Positions 9,860 to 20,891 of a stretch of 64,000 bases of DNA are shown here, one piece after another; within the stretch, counting starts at the first letter, position 1, and each line of letters begins with the position of its first letter. The stretch spans positions 32,001 through 96,000 of the forward strand of contig CAVVEU010000020.1 in the NCBI GenBank assembly GCA_963747235.1, in the 5' to 3' direction. The notes beneath the pieces were generated by a model. That model was not told the DNA's origin and ran no database searches. It worked only from the letters and a program-made list of their open reading frames with translations. This stretch comes from an uncultured Candidatus Rokubacteria bacterium. GTDB taxonomy: Bacteria > Methylomirabilota > Methylomirabilia > Rokubacteriales > CSP1-6. The position numbers and the translations under genes are program-made.

Positions 9860-11028
9860 CCGACCCGCGCCGTGTCGAGCACGGCGCGCGCGGCACGAAG
9901 GCCGACGCCCGGCTCGCCGAGGCGCGCCCGCAGGTCCTTGAAGGCCGCCCGCTGGGCGGTGGCCGCCACCGGGTCGTCCAGCAGGCGCGCGGCTTCCTGG
10001 GCCAGGCGCGCGCCGGTCACCTCGCCCTGGATCAGCTCGGGGACGACCACGCGCCCCGACACCAGGTTGGGCAGGCCGATCCACTGCACGCGCGTCAGGG
10101 CGCGGGCGATCAGCTCGGTGAGGCGCGAGACGCGGTAGCAGATGACCATCGGCGCGCCGAGCAGCGCCGCCTCGAGCGTGGCGGTGCCGGAGGCGATGAG
10201 CAGCGTGTCGGCCGCGGCCATGACCTCGTAGGTGCGCCCGCTCACCAGCTCGATGGGCGGGATCCCGGGTCCGGCCGCGCTCATGAGCGTCGCCACCTGC
10301 TCGCGCGCCACGGTGGGCGCGAGGCCGAGCACGAAGCGGCGCCGCCCGTCGTCGGCGGCGAGGCGCCGGGCCGCGTCCAGCATCGAGGGCAGCAGGCGCT
10401 CGATCTCGCCGGGGCGGCTGCCCGGCAGGAGACCGATCAGCGCGTGGCCGGGATCGACGTCGAGCCGCCGGCGGGCTTCGTCACGCGTGAGATCGAGCGG
10501 GAGCACATCCAGCAGCGGATGGCCGACGAAGGTCACCGGCACATGGGCGCGCTCGTAGAGCGGGGGCTCGAACGGGAAGACGGCGAGCACGCGCTTCACG
10601 CGCCGGGCCATCTGGCGGACGCGGCCGGCGCGCCACGCCCAGAGCTGGGGCGGAATGAAGTACACCACCGGCACCCCGGCGCGCCGCGCGCGGCGGGCGA
10701 GGCGCAGGTTGAACTCCGGGAAGTCGATGAGCACGAGGGCGCGCGGACGGTCGGCCAGGAGCCGGCGCCCCATCGCGCGGTACGCGCGGTAGAGCGCCGG
10801 GACGCGCCCCACCGCCTCGCTGGTGCCCACCGCGGCCTGCCCGGTGGGATCCACGATCACCTCCATGCCCGCCGCCGCCATGTGGCCGCCGCCCATGCCG
10901 ACGAGCTGGAGGCCGGGCGAGAGCTCGCGGAGCGCCCGGCAGAGCATGCCGCCGTGGAGATCGCCGGAGGCCTCCCCCGCCGAGAGCATGATCGCCGCGC
11001 GATCCGCGGACGGCTCAGCCGGCGTCAT
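9856..11028 (-). CDS. lpxB: lipid A disaccharide synthase
   Basis: AGEASGDLHG, IDFPEFNL, PQLWAWR, LLPGSR and SGTATLE motifs. Confidence 0.95.
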   Translation of the reverse strand: MTPAEPSADRAAIMLSAGEASGDLHGGMLCRALRELSPGLQLVGMGGGHMAAAGMEVIVDPTGQAAVGTSEAVGRVPALYRAYRAMGRRLLADRPRALVLIDFPEFNLRLARRARRAGVPVVYFIPPQLWAWRAGRVRQMARRVKRVLAVFPFEPPLYERAHVPVTFVGHPLLDVLPLDLTRDEARRRLDVDPGHALIGLLPGSRPGEIERLLPSMLDAARRLAADDGRRRFVLGLAPTVAREQVATLMSAAGPGIPPIELVSGRTYEVMAAADTLLIASGTATLEAALLGAPMVICYRVSRLTELIARALTRVQWIGLPNLVSGRVVVPELIQGEVTGARLAQEAARLLDDPVAATAQRAAFKDLRARLGEPGVGLRAARAVLDTARVG

Positions 11029-11821
11029 CGACGCTCACCACCGTGATGCCCGCCTGGTCGGCGAGCCGTACCACCTCGTCGCGATCGAGGAGCAGCACGC
11101 GGCCGGCCGGGACGGCCAGCGCAGTGGCGCCGCCCTCGCGCATCGCCTCGAGCGTGGCCGCGCCGATGGTGGGGATGTCGAAGCGGTAGTCGTGGGAGGT
11201 CGCCACCGCCTTCACCACCACCGCGCCGGGGCCCGCGAGTCGCCCACCTCTTCGGATCGTCTCGTCGGTTCCCTCGGCGGCCTCCAGCGCCACCGTCACG
11301 CCGCGGGCCCGCACCACCGTCTGGCCGACCCCGTCGGCGGCGAGCCGGCCCGCCAGGCGAAAGCCTGCGCGGATCTCGTCCCACTCGGCGGCCACCGGCG
11401 CGCGCGCGCCGAGCGTGCCCGCGGGCAGGAGCCACGGGGCGAGGAAGTCCCGCTGGTCGAGCACCTCGATGCTCATGCCCGCGAGCGTCGCGACCACCAT
11501 CTGGGAGAGCGCCGCGTCCGAGAGGCCGCCCTGGGCGAGGCCGAGGCCGGCCGCGTCGGCCTGGTCGTACTTCGAGAAGGCACTCGACTTCCAGAACTTG
11601 CCGACGAAGACGGCGGCCTGCGCGCGATGGGCGGCGAGGCCGACGAGCACCGCCTGGATGTCGGTGATGGTGGAGGGGATGAAGACGTCGGCGACCTCGG
11701 CCAGCCCGGGCGCGTCTTCGAAGGCGAACGCGGCGACGCGCCACCCCCGTCGCCTGGCCTCCGCCGCGGCGCGGCCGGGCAGGATCCCGGCCCCGGCCAT
11801 CAGGCCGAGGGTACGCTCCAC
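11015..11821 (-). CDS. lpxI: UDP-2,3-diacylglucosamine diphosphatase LpxI
   Basis: LGLMAGAGILP, GQTVV, ALEAAEGTDETIRR and DYRFDIPTIG motifs; lpx context. Confidence 0.85.
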   Translation of the reverse strand: MERTLGLMAGAGILPGRAAAEARRRGWRVAAFAFEDAPGLAEVADVFIPSTITDIQAVLVGLAAHRAQAAVFVGKFWKSSAFSKYDQADAAGLGLAQGGLSDAALSQMVVATLAGMSIEVLDQRDFLAPWLLPAGTLGARAPVAAEWDEIRAGFRLAGRLAADGVGQTVVRARGVTVALEAAEGTDETIRRGGRLAGPGAVVVKAVATSHDYRFDIPTIGAATLEAMREGGATALAVPAGRVLLLDRDEVVRLADQAGITVVSVDDAG

Positions 11822-12831
11822 GGAAGATCCTTCGGCCAGGCGATCTCGCCCCGGCCCTCGCGGATCATCCGCTCGATCTCCAGCGCGACGGCCAGCGACT
11901 TGAGGTCGTCCGCCTCGGGCAGCTCCACGTGCCCGCCGCCGTCGGCGGCCCGCGCGGCCGAGATCAGATGGCGGATCTCCAGCTTCAGGGGGTTGTCCTT
12001 GTGCACCAGCAGGTGCTCCACGAAGGAGGCCTGGCGGTAGCGGATGGACTCGCGGTTGAGCGTGTATTCCTGCGCGGCGCGCCGGTAGATCTGGATGTCC
12101 TGGTGCGAGTAGTCGAGCAGGATGTAGGCATCCGGCTGGGTGATGGCCAGCGTGCGGATCTTCTCCTCGGTGGCGCGGCTCGCGGTGATGGTGGCCATCG
12201 CCCCCGAGTCGAAGACGATCTGCACGGTGGCCACGTCGGTGACCTGCGACTGCACCGAGGAGCCGACCGCGGTGATCTTGCGCGGCTCGCCGTCCACGAG
12301 GCCCAGCACGATGTCGATGTCGTGGATCATCAGGTCCATCACCACCGAGTCGTTCTGCACGCGCGGCACGAAGGGGCCGAGGCGGCGCGATTCGATCAGG
12401 ATGGGCCGCTCCACGATCTTGCGGAGCTCCTGCACCGCTCCGTTGAAGCGCTCGACGTGGCCCACGTGGAGCACGCGGTTCTGCTCGCGGGCGATCCGGA
12501 ACAGCTCCTTGGCCTCCTCGAGGGTGGCGGTCATGGGCTTTTCGACGAGCACGTGGGCGCCCGCCTCGAGCAGGTCGCGGGCGACCGCGAAGTGCTGCTC
12601 GGTGGGCACCGCCACCGTCGCGAAGTCGATCTGCCCGGCCAGCTCGCGGTGATCGCGGTGGGCGCGCGCGCCGTAGGGGGCCGCGATCCGCTGTGCCTTG
12701 GCGAAGTCGGCGTCCACCACCCCGACGAGCTCCACGCCCCAGATCTCGGCCAGGGCCAGGATGTGGTACTGGCCCATGTGCCCGGCGCCGACCACCGCGC
12801 CGCGGATCTTGGGCTCGGCGGCCTGGCTCAC
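11800..12831 (-). CDS. Gfo/Idh/MocA oxidoreductase, GnnA-like (UDP-GlcNAc 3-dehydrogenase)
   Basis: VVGAGHMG Rossmann motif, VLVEKP, VGHVERFN, DLMIHDID; located between lpxA and lpxI/lpxB. Confidence 0.8.
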   Translation of the reverse strand: MSQAAEPKIRGAVVGAGHMGQYHILALAEIWGVELVGVVDADFAKAQRIAAPYGARAHRDHRELAGQIDFATVAVPTEQHFAVARDLLEAGAHVLVEKPMTATLEEAKELFRIAREQNRVLHVGHVERFNGAVQELRKIVERPILIESRRLGPFVPRVQNDSVVMDLMIHDIDIVLGLVDGEPRKITAVGSSVQSQVTDVATVQIVFDSGAMATITASRATEEKIRTLAITQPDAYILLDYSHQDIQIYRRAAQEYTLNRESIRYRQASFVEHLLVHKDNPLKLEIRHLISAARAADGGGHVELPEADDLKSLAVALEIERMIREGRGEIAWPKDLPWSVPSA

Positions 12832-13652
12832 GAGATCCCCTCTTCCACCACTTCCGCGTGATCGCGGCCGCCCCGACCCGGGCCGGGGATCACCCCCCGC
12901 TTGGACGTCTCCACGAACTGCACGAGCCGCGCGACCAGGGGATGGTGGCCGAGCTCCGCCCGCACCCGCTTGACCGCGGAGCCGGGCGCCACGCCCGAGC
13001 GATAGAGCAGGCGGAACGCGGTCTGCACCTGCCGCCGCGAGGCGGCGTCGATCCCGCCGCGGCGCATGCCCACCACGTTCACGGAGCGCGCGACCGCGGG
13101 CGCTCCGTCCGCGATGACGAAGGGCGGGACGTCCTGGGTGATCTTGGAGCAGCCGCCGATGTAGGCGTAGGTGCCGATGCGGCTGAACGGATGGATGCCG
13201 GTGAGGCCGCCGATCGTCACGCGGTCCTCGACGATGACGTGCCCGGTCAGCCCCGCGAAGTTGATGACGATGACGTGGTCGCCGAGCACGCAGTCGTGGG
13301 CCACGTGGCTCGAGGCCATGATGAGGCAGTGGCGGCCCACCGTGGTGTCGTGCCCTTCGTGGGTGGCGCGGTGGATGGTCACGTACTCGCGCAACACCGA
13401 ATCGTCGCCCAGCGAGACGCCCACCGGCGTGCCCTCCCGGAACTTGAGGTCCTGCGGCACGCCGCCGATGATCGCCCCGTGGCCGACGCGGCCGCGGGCG
13501 CCCACGCGAACCCGGCCTTCCAGCACCACGTGGGCGCCGATCTCCGCGCCCGCTCCGATCGTCACCTCGGGCCCGATGATGGAATAGGGACCGACCCGCA
13601 CGTCGGAGGCCAGCTCCGCCCGAGGATCGATCACCGCGGTGGGATGGATCAC
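12828..13652 (-). CDS. lpxA: acyl-ACP--UDP-GlcNAc O-acyltransferase
   Basis: IHPTAVIDP, PQDLKF, REYVTIHRAT and SHVAHDC motifs; hexapeptide repeats. Confidence 0.95.
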   Translation of the reverse strand: MIHPTAVIDPRAELASDVRVGPYSIIGPEVTIGAGAEIGAHVVLEGRVRVGARGRVGHGAIIGGVPQDLKFREGTPVGVSLGDDSVLREYVTIHRATHEGHDTTVGRHCLIMASSHVAHDCVLGDHVIVINFAGLTGHVIVEDRVTIGGLTGIHPFSRIGTYAYIGGCSKITQDVPPFVIADGAPAVARSVNVVGMRRGGIDAASRRQVQTAFRLLYRSGVAPGSAVKRVRAELGHHPLVARLVQFVETSKRGVIPGPGRGGRDHAEVVEEGIS

Positions 13653-14689
13653 GCGCGCCGCTCTTCCATCTCGCGCACGCGCTTCTCGAGCGCGCGGACC
13701 CGCTTGATCAGCTCCGGGAGCTGGGTTTCCCCGGCCCAGATCCGCTTCATCTCGGCCAGCGGGCGGCTCGGGATGCCGCCCCAGATCTCGCCCGCGGGCA
13801 CGTCGTTGGGCACGCCCGACTTGGCGGTGAGGATGGCGCCCGCCCCGATCGTCACGTGATCGGAGACGCCCACCTGCCCGGCCATCATCGCGCGATTGCC
13901 GACGCGCGAGGAGCCGGCGATGCCCACCTGCGAGACCAGGATCACGTCCTCGCCGACGTCGCAGTTGTGGCCGATCTGGACGAGGTTGTCGATCTTGGTC
14001 CCGCGCCGCACCACCGTGTCGCCGAGGGTGGCGCGGTCGATCGCGGTGTTGGCTCCGATCTCCACGTCGTCCTCGATGCGCAGCCCGCCCACCTGCGGGA
14101 TCTTGCGATGCGCGCGGCCGTCGAAGGCGTAGCCGAAGCCGTCGGCCCCCAGCACCGCGCCGGAGTGGACGATGACGCGGTTCCCGAGGCGGACGCCCTC
14201 GCGCACCACGACCCGGGGATAGAGCCGGACGTCCTCCCCGAGCACGGCCCCCGCGCCGACGAACGACAGCGCGCCGACCCGGCTGCGCGGGCCGATCACC
14301 GCCCCCGTCTCCACGACCGCGAGCGGGCCGATCGACGCGGTGCGATCGATCCGCGCGCCCTCGGCCACGCAGGCGGTCGGGTGCGCGCCGGGGGTCGCCG
14401 GGGCCTCGGGATGGAAGAGCTCGAGCAGGGCGATCAAGGCCTGCTGCGGGTGATCCACCTGCAGGAGCGCGCCGGCCAGTCCGGTCACGTCGCGGCCCAC
14501 CACGAAGGCTCCGGCGCGGCTGGCTTCCGCCTGCTTGAGGTATTTCCGGTCGGTGAGGAAGGACACGTGCTCGGCCCCCGCCGTCTCGAGCGGGGCCACC
14601 CCGGTCACCACGCGGGCCGCGTCACCCACGAGCGACGCCCCGAGCGCGTCGGCGAGCCGGCCGAGCGTGAAGGAGGCGCCGTCGCTCAC
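13649..14689 (-). CDS. lpxD: UDP-3-O-acylglucosamine N-acyltransferase
   Basis: GADGFGY, KIPQVG, DVEIGANTAIDR and KIDNLVQIGHN motifs. Confidence 0.95.
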   Translation of the reverse strand: MSDGASFTLGRLADALGASLVGDAARVVTGVAPLETAGAEHVSFLTDRKYLKQAEASRAGAFVVGRDVTGLAGALLQVDHPQQALIALLELFHPEAPATPGAHPTACVAEGARIDRTASIGPLAVVETGAVIGPRSRVGALSFVGAGAVLGEDVRLYPRVVVREGVRLGNRVIVHSGAVLGADGFGYAFDGRAHRKIPQVGGLRIEDDVEIGANTAIDRATLGDTVVRRGTKIDNLVQIGHNCDVGEDVILVSQVGIAGSSRVGNRAMMAGQVGVSDHVTIGAGAILTAKSGVPNDVPAGEIWGGIPSRPLAEMKRIWAGETQLPELIKRVRALEKRVREMEERRA

Positions 14690-15256
14690 TTACTTCGTGG
14701 CCTTCTTGACCTGGTCGTCGTAGGCCTTGAGGACTTCGTCGGTGAGGTCGGCGTCGTTCGCGTTGTAGAGCACGCCCGCGCGCTGCCGCTCGAGGACGAC
14801 CGCGAACCCGCGATCCTTGCCCAGGCGCTGGATCAGACCCGCCACGTCCTGGAGCACCTTCTGGAGCAGCGCGTCCTCCTTCTTCTGGAGCTGCGCCTGG
14901 AGGTCGTCCACGAGGCGCCGCACGTCGCGCACCTTGCGCTCCATCGCGTCCTGCTTCTCCCGGCGCGCGTCGACGGAGAGGAGTTGGCCCTTCTTCTCCA
15001 GCTCGTCGCGCATCTTCTCGAGCTCGGTCTTCTGGCCGTCGAGCTGGCGCTGCATCGCCGCCTTGTCCTTCTCGAGCTGCTCGCGCGCGGCCGCCCCCGC
15101 CACCGAGCGGGCGAGGATCCGCTGGACGTCCACGATGGCCACCCGCCCGTTCGAGCCCGCCGCGGGCGCCTGGGCCTGCGCCCAGACCGCTCCGCCGACG
15201 CTCATCACGAGGGCCAGGCCGGTGGCCGTCCACCACACTGCGGTGCGTCGCATCAT
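14690..15256 (-). CDS. skp: periplasmic chaperone Skp/OmpH
   Basis: Signal peptide, VAIVDVQRIL, coiled-coil body and DLTDEVLK C-terminus; directly after bamA. Confidence 0.88.
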   Translation of the reverse strand: MMRRTAVWWTATGLALVMSVGGAVWAQAQAPAAGSNGRVAIVDVQRILARSVAGAAAREQLEKDKAAMQRQLDGQKTELEKMRDELEKKGQLLSVDARREKQDAMERKVRDVRRLVDDLQAQLQKKEDALLQKVLQDVAGLIQRLGKDRGFAVVLERQRAGVLYNANDADLTDEVLKAYDDQVKKATK

Positions 15257-15269
15257 TCCGCCTCCTCGG

Positions 15270-17549
15270 CTAGAACGAGGAGCCCGCCGAGAAGTTGAAG
15301 TTCCCGAGGCTCTCGCCCGCCTTCTTGTCGAGTTTGATCCCATAGTCCACCCGGATGGGGCCGAACGGCGAGTTCCATCGGAAGCCCGCCCCCGCCCCGT
15401 GCCGGAGGTCCGTGAGGTCGATCTTGGTGCCGCCCGAGATGTCGGGGCCCCATACGTTACCTACATCGTAGAAGATGGCGGCCTTGATCCCGAAGAAAAG
15501 CGGGATCTGGTATTCGATGGTGCCCAGGAGCTCGGAGTTGCCACCCACCCGGGTGCCCGAGCTGTCGCGGGGGGAGACCTGGAGCGACTTGAACTGCCGG
15601 AGCGAGTTGGAGCCGCCCAGGTAGAAGCGCTCGAACAGGGGGACCGGGTCCTTGTCCCAGCCGATCGCGTAGCCGGCCATGAGCCGGAAGCTCAGCACGT
15701 GATCCAGCCAGGGGGTCGGCTGGTAGTAGGTCGTGCTGAACACGCTCCGGACGAAGCGCTCGCCGAAGCCCACCCCCGCGAAGTCCAGGCCGATCGACAC
15801 CGTGCTGCCCCGGGTCGGATCGAAGACGTTGTCGCGGGTGTCGCGGCTCAGGCTGAGCCCGACCAGGGACGTGAGGTGGGTGCCCTCCTCCGAGAGGAGC
15901 TCCGGGCTGCCCAGGTCGTTGACGTCGCTGATGCGATCCTGGCTGACCCGGTACATCGCGTTCCAGCGCGAGTACTCCCCGAGGGGGTGGCCGAGCCGGA
16001 TGTCACCGCCGAGCGAATTGACCGTGTAGTCGGGCAGGATGCGCCGGGTGTTGAAGATGTCGAAGCCGGCCGCCAGGGGCCGGTCGAAGAGCCAGGGCTC
16101 GGTGAAGCCGATGGTGCCGGTCTGGAGATTCTCGCCGCCGCGCAGGCGGAGGAATACCTCCCAGCCCTTGCCGAGGAAGTTGCGCTGCGAGAGGTCGAGA
16201 GTGCCGAGGACGCCGTCCTGCGAGCTGTAGCCGCCGCCGATCGAGAAGAGGCCGGTGGGCTTCTCGGTCACGTCGATGTTGACGACGATCTTGTCCTTGG
16301 ACGACCCGGGAGCGGTCCGCGCCTCGACCTTGTCGAAGTAGTTGAGGTTGGTCAGCCGCTGCTTGGCCCGGGTGAGCTTCTGGCTCGTGAAGAGATCGCC
16401 CTCCGCCATCGGGATCTCGCGGCGCAGGATCTTCTCCTCGCTGCGGGTGTTGCCCGAGATGTTGATCCGCTCCACGTAGGTCTCGGGGCCCTCCACGACC
16501 TCGAAGACCACGTTGACGAGCCGGTTGGGGGTGTCCTGCATCGTGTTCGGGCTCACGTCGGCGGAGGCGCGGCCGATCGCGCTGTAGAGATCGGTGACGC
16601 CGGTGACGCTGTCCCGGAGCTTGCTCCGCGAGAAGACGTCCCCCGACTTGAGCTGGATGCGCTTCCGGATCTCCTCCTGAGGCAGGAGGGTGTTGCCGGT
16701 CACGTCCACCCCGCCGACCTTGAACTGGGGACCTTCCACCACCACGATGCGGATGGTGGCCCGGGCCTTCTCCCGGTCCACGTCGATCTCCGACTTCTCG
16801 ACCCGCGCCTGCACGTAGCCGTGATCGTTGTAGAGCTGGATGATGCGGTCGGTGTCCTCGTCCAGGCGCTGCCGCTGGACGGTCCCCCGCAGGACGTAGA
16901 ACTCCCGCTCCTGGGTCTCCATCGCGGCCCGGACCTGCTTGGGGGTCAGCCCCTGCGTCCCCTCGATCGCGATCTGCTCGATGGTGATGCGGCGGCCTTC
17001 CGCGATCTTGAACGTGACGGTCACGTCGCCGTCCGCGAGTTTTTCGACCTCCGGGGCGATGCCGACCTCGAAGTAGCCCTCCGTCTCGTAGAAGTCCTTG
17101 AGCTTGTCGGTGGCCCGGTTGACCTCGACCGGGTTGTACACGGTGCCCAGCTTGAGGTCGATCTTCTCGAGCAGGGTGGACGCGTCCTGTTTCTTGTTCC
17201 CCGAGAAGAGCACGTCGCGGACGAAGGGCCGCTCGGTCACCACGTAGGTCAGCTTGACGCCGCCCTCGAAGTCCTCCACCCGGACCTGGACGTCGTCGAA
17301 GAAGCCGAGGGAGAAGATGCCCCGGATGTCCTCGGCGGTGCGGTTGGCCACGAACGGGGTGCCGATCTTGAGGGTGACCCGCCCCAGGATGACGGCTTCC
17401 TGGACTCGGCGGTTACCCTGGACCGCGATCTCCTTGACGAGGATCGGGCGTTCGGGGGGAGCGGTAGGGACTTGCGCAAACACCGGGACTGAGCCCAGGA
17501 GCAGGGCAAAAAAAATGGAGAGAGCGCATCTCCCCCGAGCGGTCTTCAA
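15270..17549 (-). CDS. bamA: outer membrane protein assembly factor BamA
   Basis: POTRA repeats (GNRRV, GNTRS), FYLGGSNSLRQF, WNSPFGPIRVDYG and terminal Phe. Confidence 0.95.
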   Translation of the reverse strand: MKTARGRCALSIFFALLLGSVPVFAQVPTAPPERPILVKEIAVQGNRRVQEAVILGRVTLKIGTPFVANRTAEDIRGIFSLGFFDDVQVRVEDFEGGVKLTYVVTERPFVRDVLFSGNKKQDASTLLEKIDLKLGTVYNPVEVNRATDKLKDFYETEGYFEVGIAPEVEKLADGDVTVTFKIAEGRRITIEQIAIEGTQGLTPKQVRAAMETQEREFYVLRGTVQRQRLDEDTDRIIQLYNDHGYVQARVEKSEIDVDREKARATIRIVVVEGPQFKVGGVDVTGNTLLPQEEIRKRIQLKSGDVFSRSKLRDSVTGVTDLYSAIGRASADVSPNTMQDTPNRLVNVVFEVVEGPETYVERINISGNTRSEEKILRREIPMAEGDLFTSQKLTRAKQRLTNLNYFDKVEARTAPGSSKDKIVVNIDVTEKPTGLFSIGGGYSSQDGVLGTLDLSQRNFLGKGWEVFLRLRGGENLQTGTIGFTEPWLFDRPLAAGFDIFNTRRILPDYTVNSLGGDIRLGHPLGEYSRWNAMYRVSQDRISDVNDLGSPELLSEEGTHLTSLVGLSLSRDTRDNVFDPTRGSTVSIGLDFAGVGFGERFVRSVFSTTYYQPTPWLDHVLSFRLMAGYAIGWDKDPVPLFERFYLGGSNSLRQFKSLQVSPRDSSGTRVGGNSELLGTIEYQIPLFFGIKAAIFYDVGNVWGPDISGGTKIDLTDLRHGAGAGFRWNSPFGPIRVDYGIKLDKKAGESLGNFNFSAGSSF

Positions 17550-17573
17550 GGACGTGGGTTCGTGTGCCTGGGT

Positions 17574-20021
17574 TCAGTGTTCCGCCAGCGCCAGCCGGGG
17601 CTCCACCACCTGGATTTCCCGGAAGACGAGATCCTGCCCCTGCGCATCCACCTCGATCCGCACCCCATCGCCGAACTGCCCGCGCACGATGGCTTCGGCC
17701 AGCGGATCCTCGACGTGCTTCTGAATCGTACGGCGAAGCTGCCGGGCTCCGTAGGTCGCATCGTACCCCTTCTCGACCAGCAGGTCGAGGGCGGCCTCGG
17801 TGGGCTCGATCGAGATGCTCTTCTCGCCGAGCTGGGTGTTGATCCGGGCGATCATCATCCGCACGATCTTCGTGATGTCTTCCTTGCTCAGGGCGTGGAA
17901 GACGATGGTGTCGTCGATGCGGTTGATGAACTCGGGCCGGAACGCCCGCTTCAGCTCCTCGAGCACCCGCTCCTTCATCTTCTCGTGGGTGCGGTCTTCT
18001 CCCTCGGGCAGGAAGCCGGGTGATAGCCGCTTGCCGATGAAGCTGGTGCCGAGGTTGGAGGTCATGATCAGGATCGTGTTCTTGAAGTCCACCACGTGGC
18101 CGACCGAGTCGGTCAGGCGGCCGTCGTCCAGGACCTGGAGCAGCATGTTGAAGACGTCCGGGTGGGCCTTCTCGATCTCGTCGAACAGGACCACCGAGTA
18201 CGGCCGACGGCGGACCTTCTCGGTCAGGAACCCGCCCTCTTCGTAGCCCACGTAGCCGGGAGGCGCCCCGAGGAGCCGGGACACCGAGAACTTCTCCATG
18301 TACTCGGACATGTCCACCCGGATCAGGGCGTTCTCGTCGCCGAAGAGGTACTCGGCGAGGGTCCGGGCCAGCTCGGTCTTGCCGACGCCGGTGGGGCCCA
18401 GGAAGATGAACGAGCCCACGGGCCGGCGGCTGTCCTTGAGGCCGGCCCGGGAGCGCCGGATGGCCCGCGAGACCGCGGCCACCGCGTCGTCCTGGCCCAC
18501 GATGCGGCCGTGCAGGGCCTCTTCCATGCGGGCGAGCTTGGCCGACTCCTTCTCCTCGAGCTTCGAGAGCGGGATGCCGGTCCAGCGGGAGACGATGTAC
18601 TCGATGTCCTCCTCGGACACCGTCTGCGGGCCCTTGCCCTTGCGCTTGTCCCACTCGCGCTTCATGTCCTCGTCGCGCCCGCGCAGCAGCTTCTCCTTCT
18701 CTCGAAGGGAGGCGGCCTTCTCGAACTCCTGCGCCTCGAGGTACATGTCCTTCTCGCGCACCACCCGCTCGACTTCCTTGCCCAGCTCCTTGATCTCGGG
18801 GGGCGGCGTCAGCGCCATGAGGCGCGTCCGCGAAGACGCCTCGTCGATCACGTCGATGGCCTTGTCGGGGAGCTGCCGGTCGGTGATGTAGCGGTCGGCC
18901 AGCTTCACCGCCGCGTCGATGGCCCGATCGGTGATCTTCACCCGGTGGTGCGCCTCGTACTTGTGGCGCAGGCCCTTGATGATCTCGACCGCCTCGGTCA
19001 CGGAGGGGGCGCGGACGATGACGGGCTGGAAGCGCCGCTCGAGTGCGCCGTCCTTCTCGATGTACTTGCGGTACTCGTCCAGCGTGGTGGCGCCGATGGT
19101 CTGGATCTCGCCACGCGACAGGGCGGGCTTCAGCATGTTGGAGGCGTCGATGGCCCCCTCGGCCGCGCCGGCCCCGATCAGGGTGTGCAGCTCGTCCAGG
19201 AACAGAACCACGTTCTCGGACTGCCGGATCTCCTTCATGACCGCCTTGAGCCGCTCCTCGAACTGGCCGCGGTACTTGGTGCCGGCCACGAGCGCGCCCA
19301 GGTCGAGCTGCAGCAGTCGCTTCTGGGCCAGCACGTCCGGCACCTCATGCCCCACGATCCGCTGGGCGAGCCCTTCGACGATGGCGGTCTTGCCCACGCC
19401 GGGCTCGCCGATCAGGACCGGGTTGTTCTTGGTCCGACGGGCCAGGATCTGGATCACCCGCTCGATCTCGGTCTCGCGGCCGATGACCGGGTCGAGCTTG
19501 CCCTCCCGGGCGAGCTGCGTGAGATCGCGCGCGAACTCGTCGAGAACGGGGGTCTGGGAGCGCTTCTTCGGGCGCGGGTAGTACTGGTCGCCGAGCAGGG
19601 CCAGCGTCTCCTGGCGGACCTCGTCCAGCCGGGCGCCGAGGGACTCGAGGATCTTGGCCGCGATCGACTGGCCTTCCTTCATCAGCCCGAGGAGCAGATG
19701 CTCCGTGCCGATGTAGTTGTGGCCGAGCTGGCGGGCTTCCTCGATCGATAGCTCGAGGACCCGCTTGGCCTGTGGAGTGAACGGCACTTCACCGAAGGTG
19801 AGCGTCTTGGGGAAGCCGGCCAGCGCTCGCTCGACTTCCGCCTTCACCGTCTCGAGGCGCAGCCCCAGCCGCTGAAGCACGGCAGTCGCGATGCCTTCGC
19901 CGTCACGGATGAGTCCGAGCAGGATGTGCTCGGTCCCAACGAAATCGTGACGGAACCGCCCTGCCTCTTCCCTGGCCAGGATGATGACCCGACGCGCCCG
20001 CTCCGTGAATCGCTCGAACAC
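17574..20021 (-). CDS. clpC: ATP-dependent Clp protease ATP-binding subunit ClpC
   Basis: [12 protein letters not shown], two Clp-N repeats, two AAA+ modules ([16 protein letters not shown]) and a UVR middle domain. Confidence 0.93.
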   Translation of the reverse strand: MFERFTERARRVIILAREEAGRFRHDFVGTEHILLGLIRDGEGIATAVLQRLGLRLETVKAEVERALAGFPKTLTFGEVPFTPQAKRVLELSIEEARQLGHNYIGTEHLLLGLMKEGQSIAAKILESLGARLDEVRQETLALLGDQYYPRPKKRSQTPVLDEFARDLTQLAREGKLDPVIGRETEIERVIQILARRTKNNPVLIGEPGVGKTAIVEGLAQRIVGHEVPDVLAQKRLLQLDLGALVAGTKYRGQFEERLKAVMKEIRQSENVVLFLDELHTLIGAGAAEGAIDASNMLKPALSRGEIQTIGATTLDEYRKYIEKDGALERRFQPVIVRAPSVTEAVEIIKGLRHKYEAHHRVKITDRAIDAAVKLADRYITDRQLPDKAIDVIDEASSRTRLMALTPPPEIKELGKEVERVVREKDMYLEAQEFEKAASLREKEKLLRGRDEDMKREWDKRKGKGPQTVSEEDIEYIVSRWTGIPLSKLEEKESAKLARMEEALHGRIVGQDDAVAAVSRAIRRSRAGLKDSRRPVGSFIFLGPTGVGKTELARTLAEYLFGDENALIRVDMSEYMEKFSVSRLLGAPPGYVGYEEGGFLTEKVRRRPYSVVLFDEIEKAHPDVFNMLLQVLDDGRLTDSVGHVVDFKNTILIMTSNLGTSFIGKRLSPGFLPEGEDRTHEKMKERVLEELKRAFRPEFINRIDDTIVFHALSKEDITKIVRMMIARINTQLGEKSISIEPTEAALDLLVEKGYDATYGARQLRRTIQKHVEDPLAEAIVRGQFGDGVRIEVDAQGQDLVFREIQVVEPRLALAEH

Positions 20022-20145
20022 TGTGGGTGACCTCGCGCCTTTCTGACTTCGGGTTATGGCTCGCCGGGGGCCCTTACTTCACCCCGATGCTCCCTAAACC
20101 TGCGATGAGTATATGCCTTCCGGCGCCTTCGGCCTAGCCCTTTCT

Positions 20146-20183
20146 TGTGACGCCTTCCGTCACGACCCTGTAACCCCTTGAAA
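20146..20183 (-). promoter_or_regulatory. candidate clpC upstream elements: inverted repeat GTGACG-N5-CGTCAC and an IHF-like site
   Basis: tgtgacgccttccgtcacg palindrome; minus-strand TTTCAA-GGGG-TTA; TATACT -10-like box near 20108-20113. Confidence 0.35.
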
Positions 20184-20192
20184 CTCGTGGAC

Positions 20193-20879
<687 letters not shown>

Positions 20880-20891
20880 GGCGCCCGCCGC

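Noticed and set aside
4725-9896. Giant fusion ORFs in the track (1723 aa here, also rodZ-ftsY, xdhC-Mo-binding protein and zinc finger-HtrA)
   Set aside because: They result from frameshift errors and the scarcity of stop codons at high GC; each part has its own start and stop.
17574-20021. clpC placed between lolD and bamA as a novelty
   Set aside because: To my knowledge this arrangement recurs in other deep-branching diderm phyla, so it is not distinctive.
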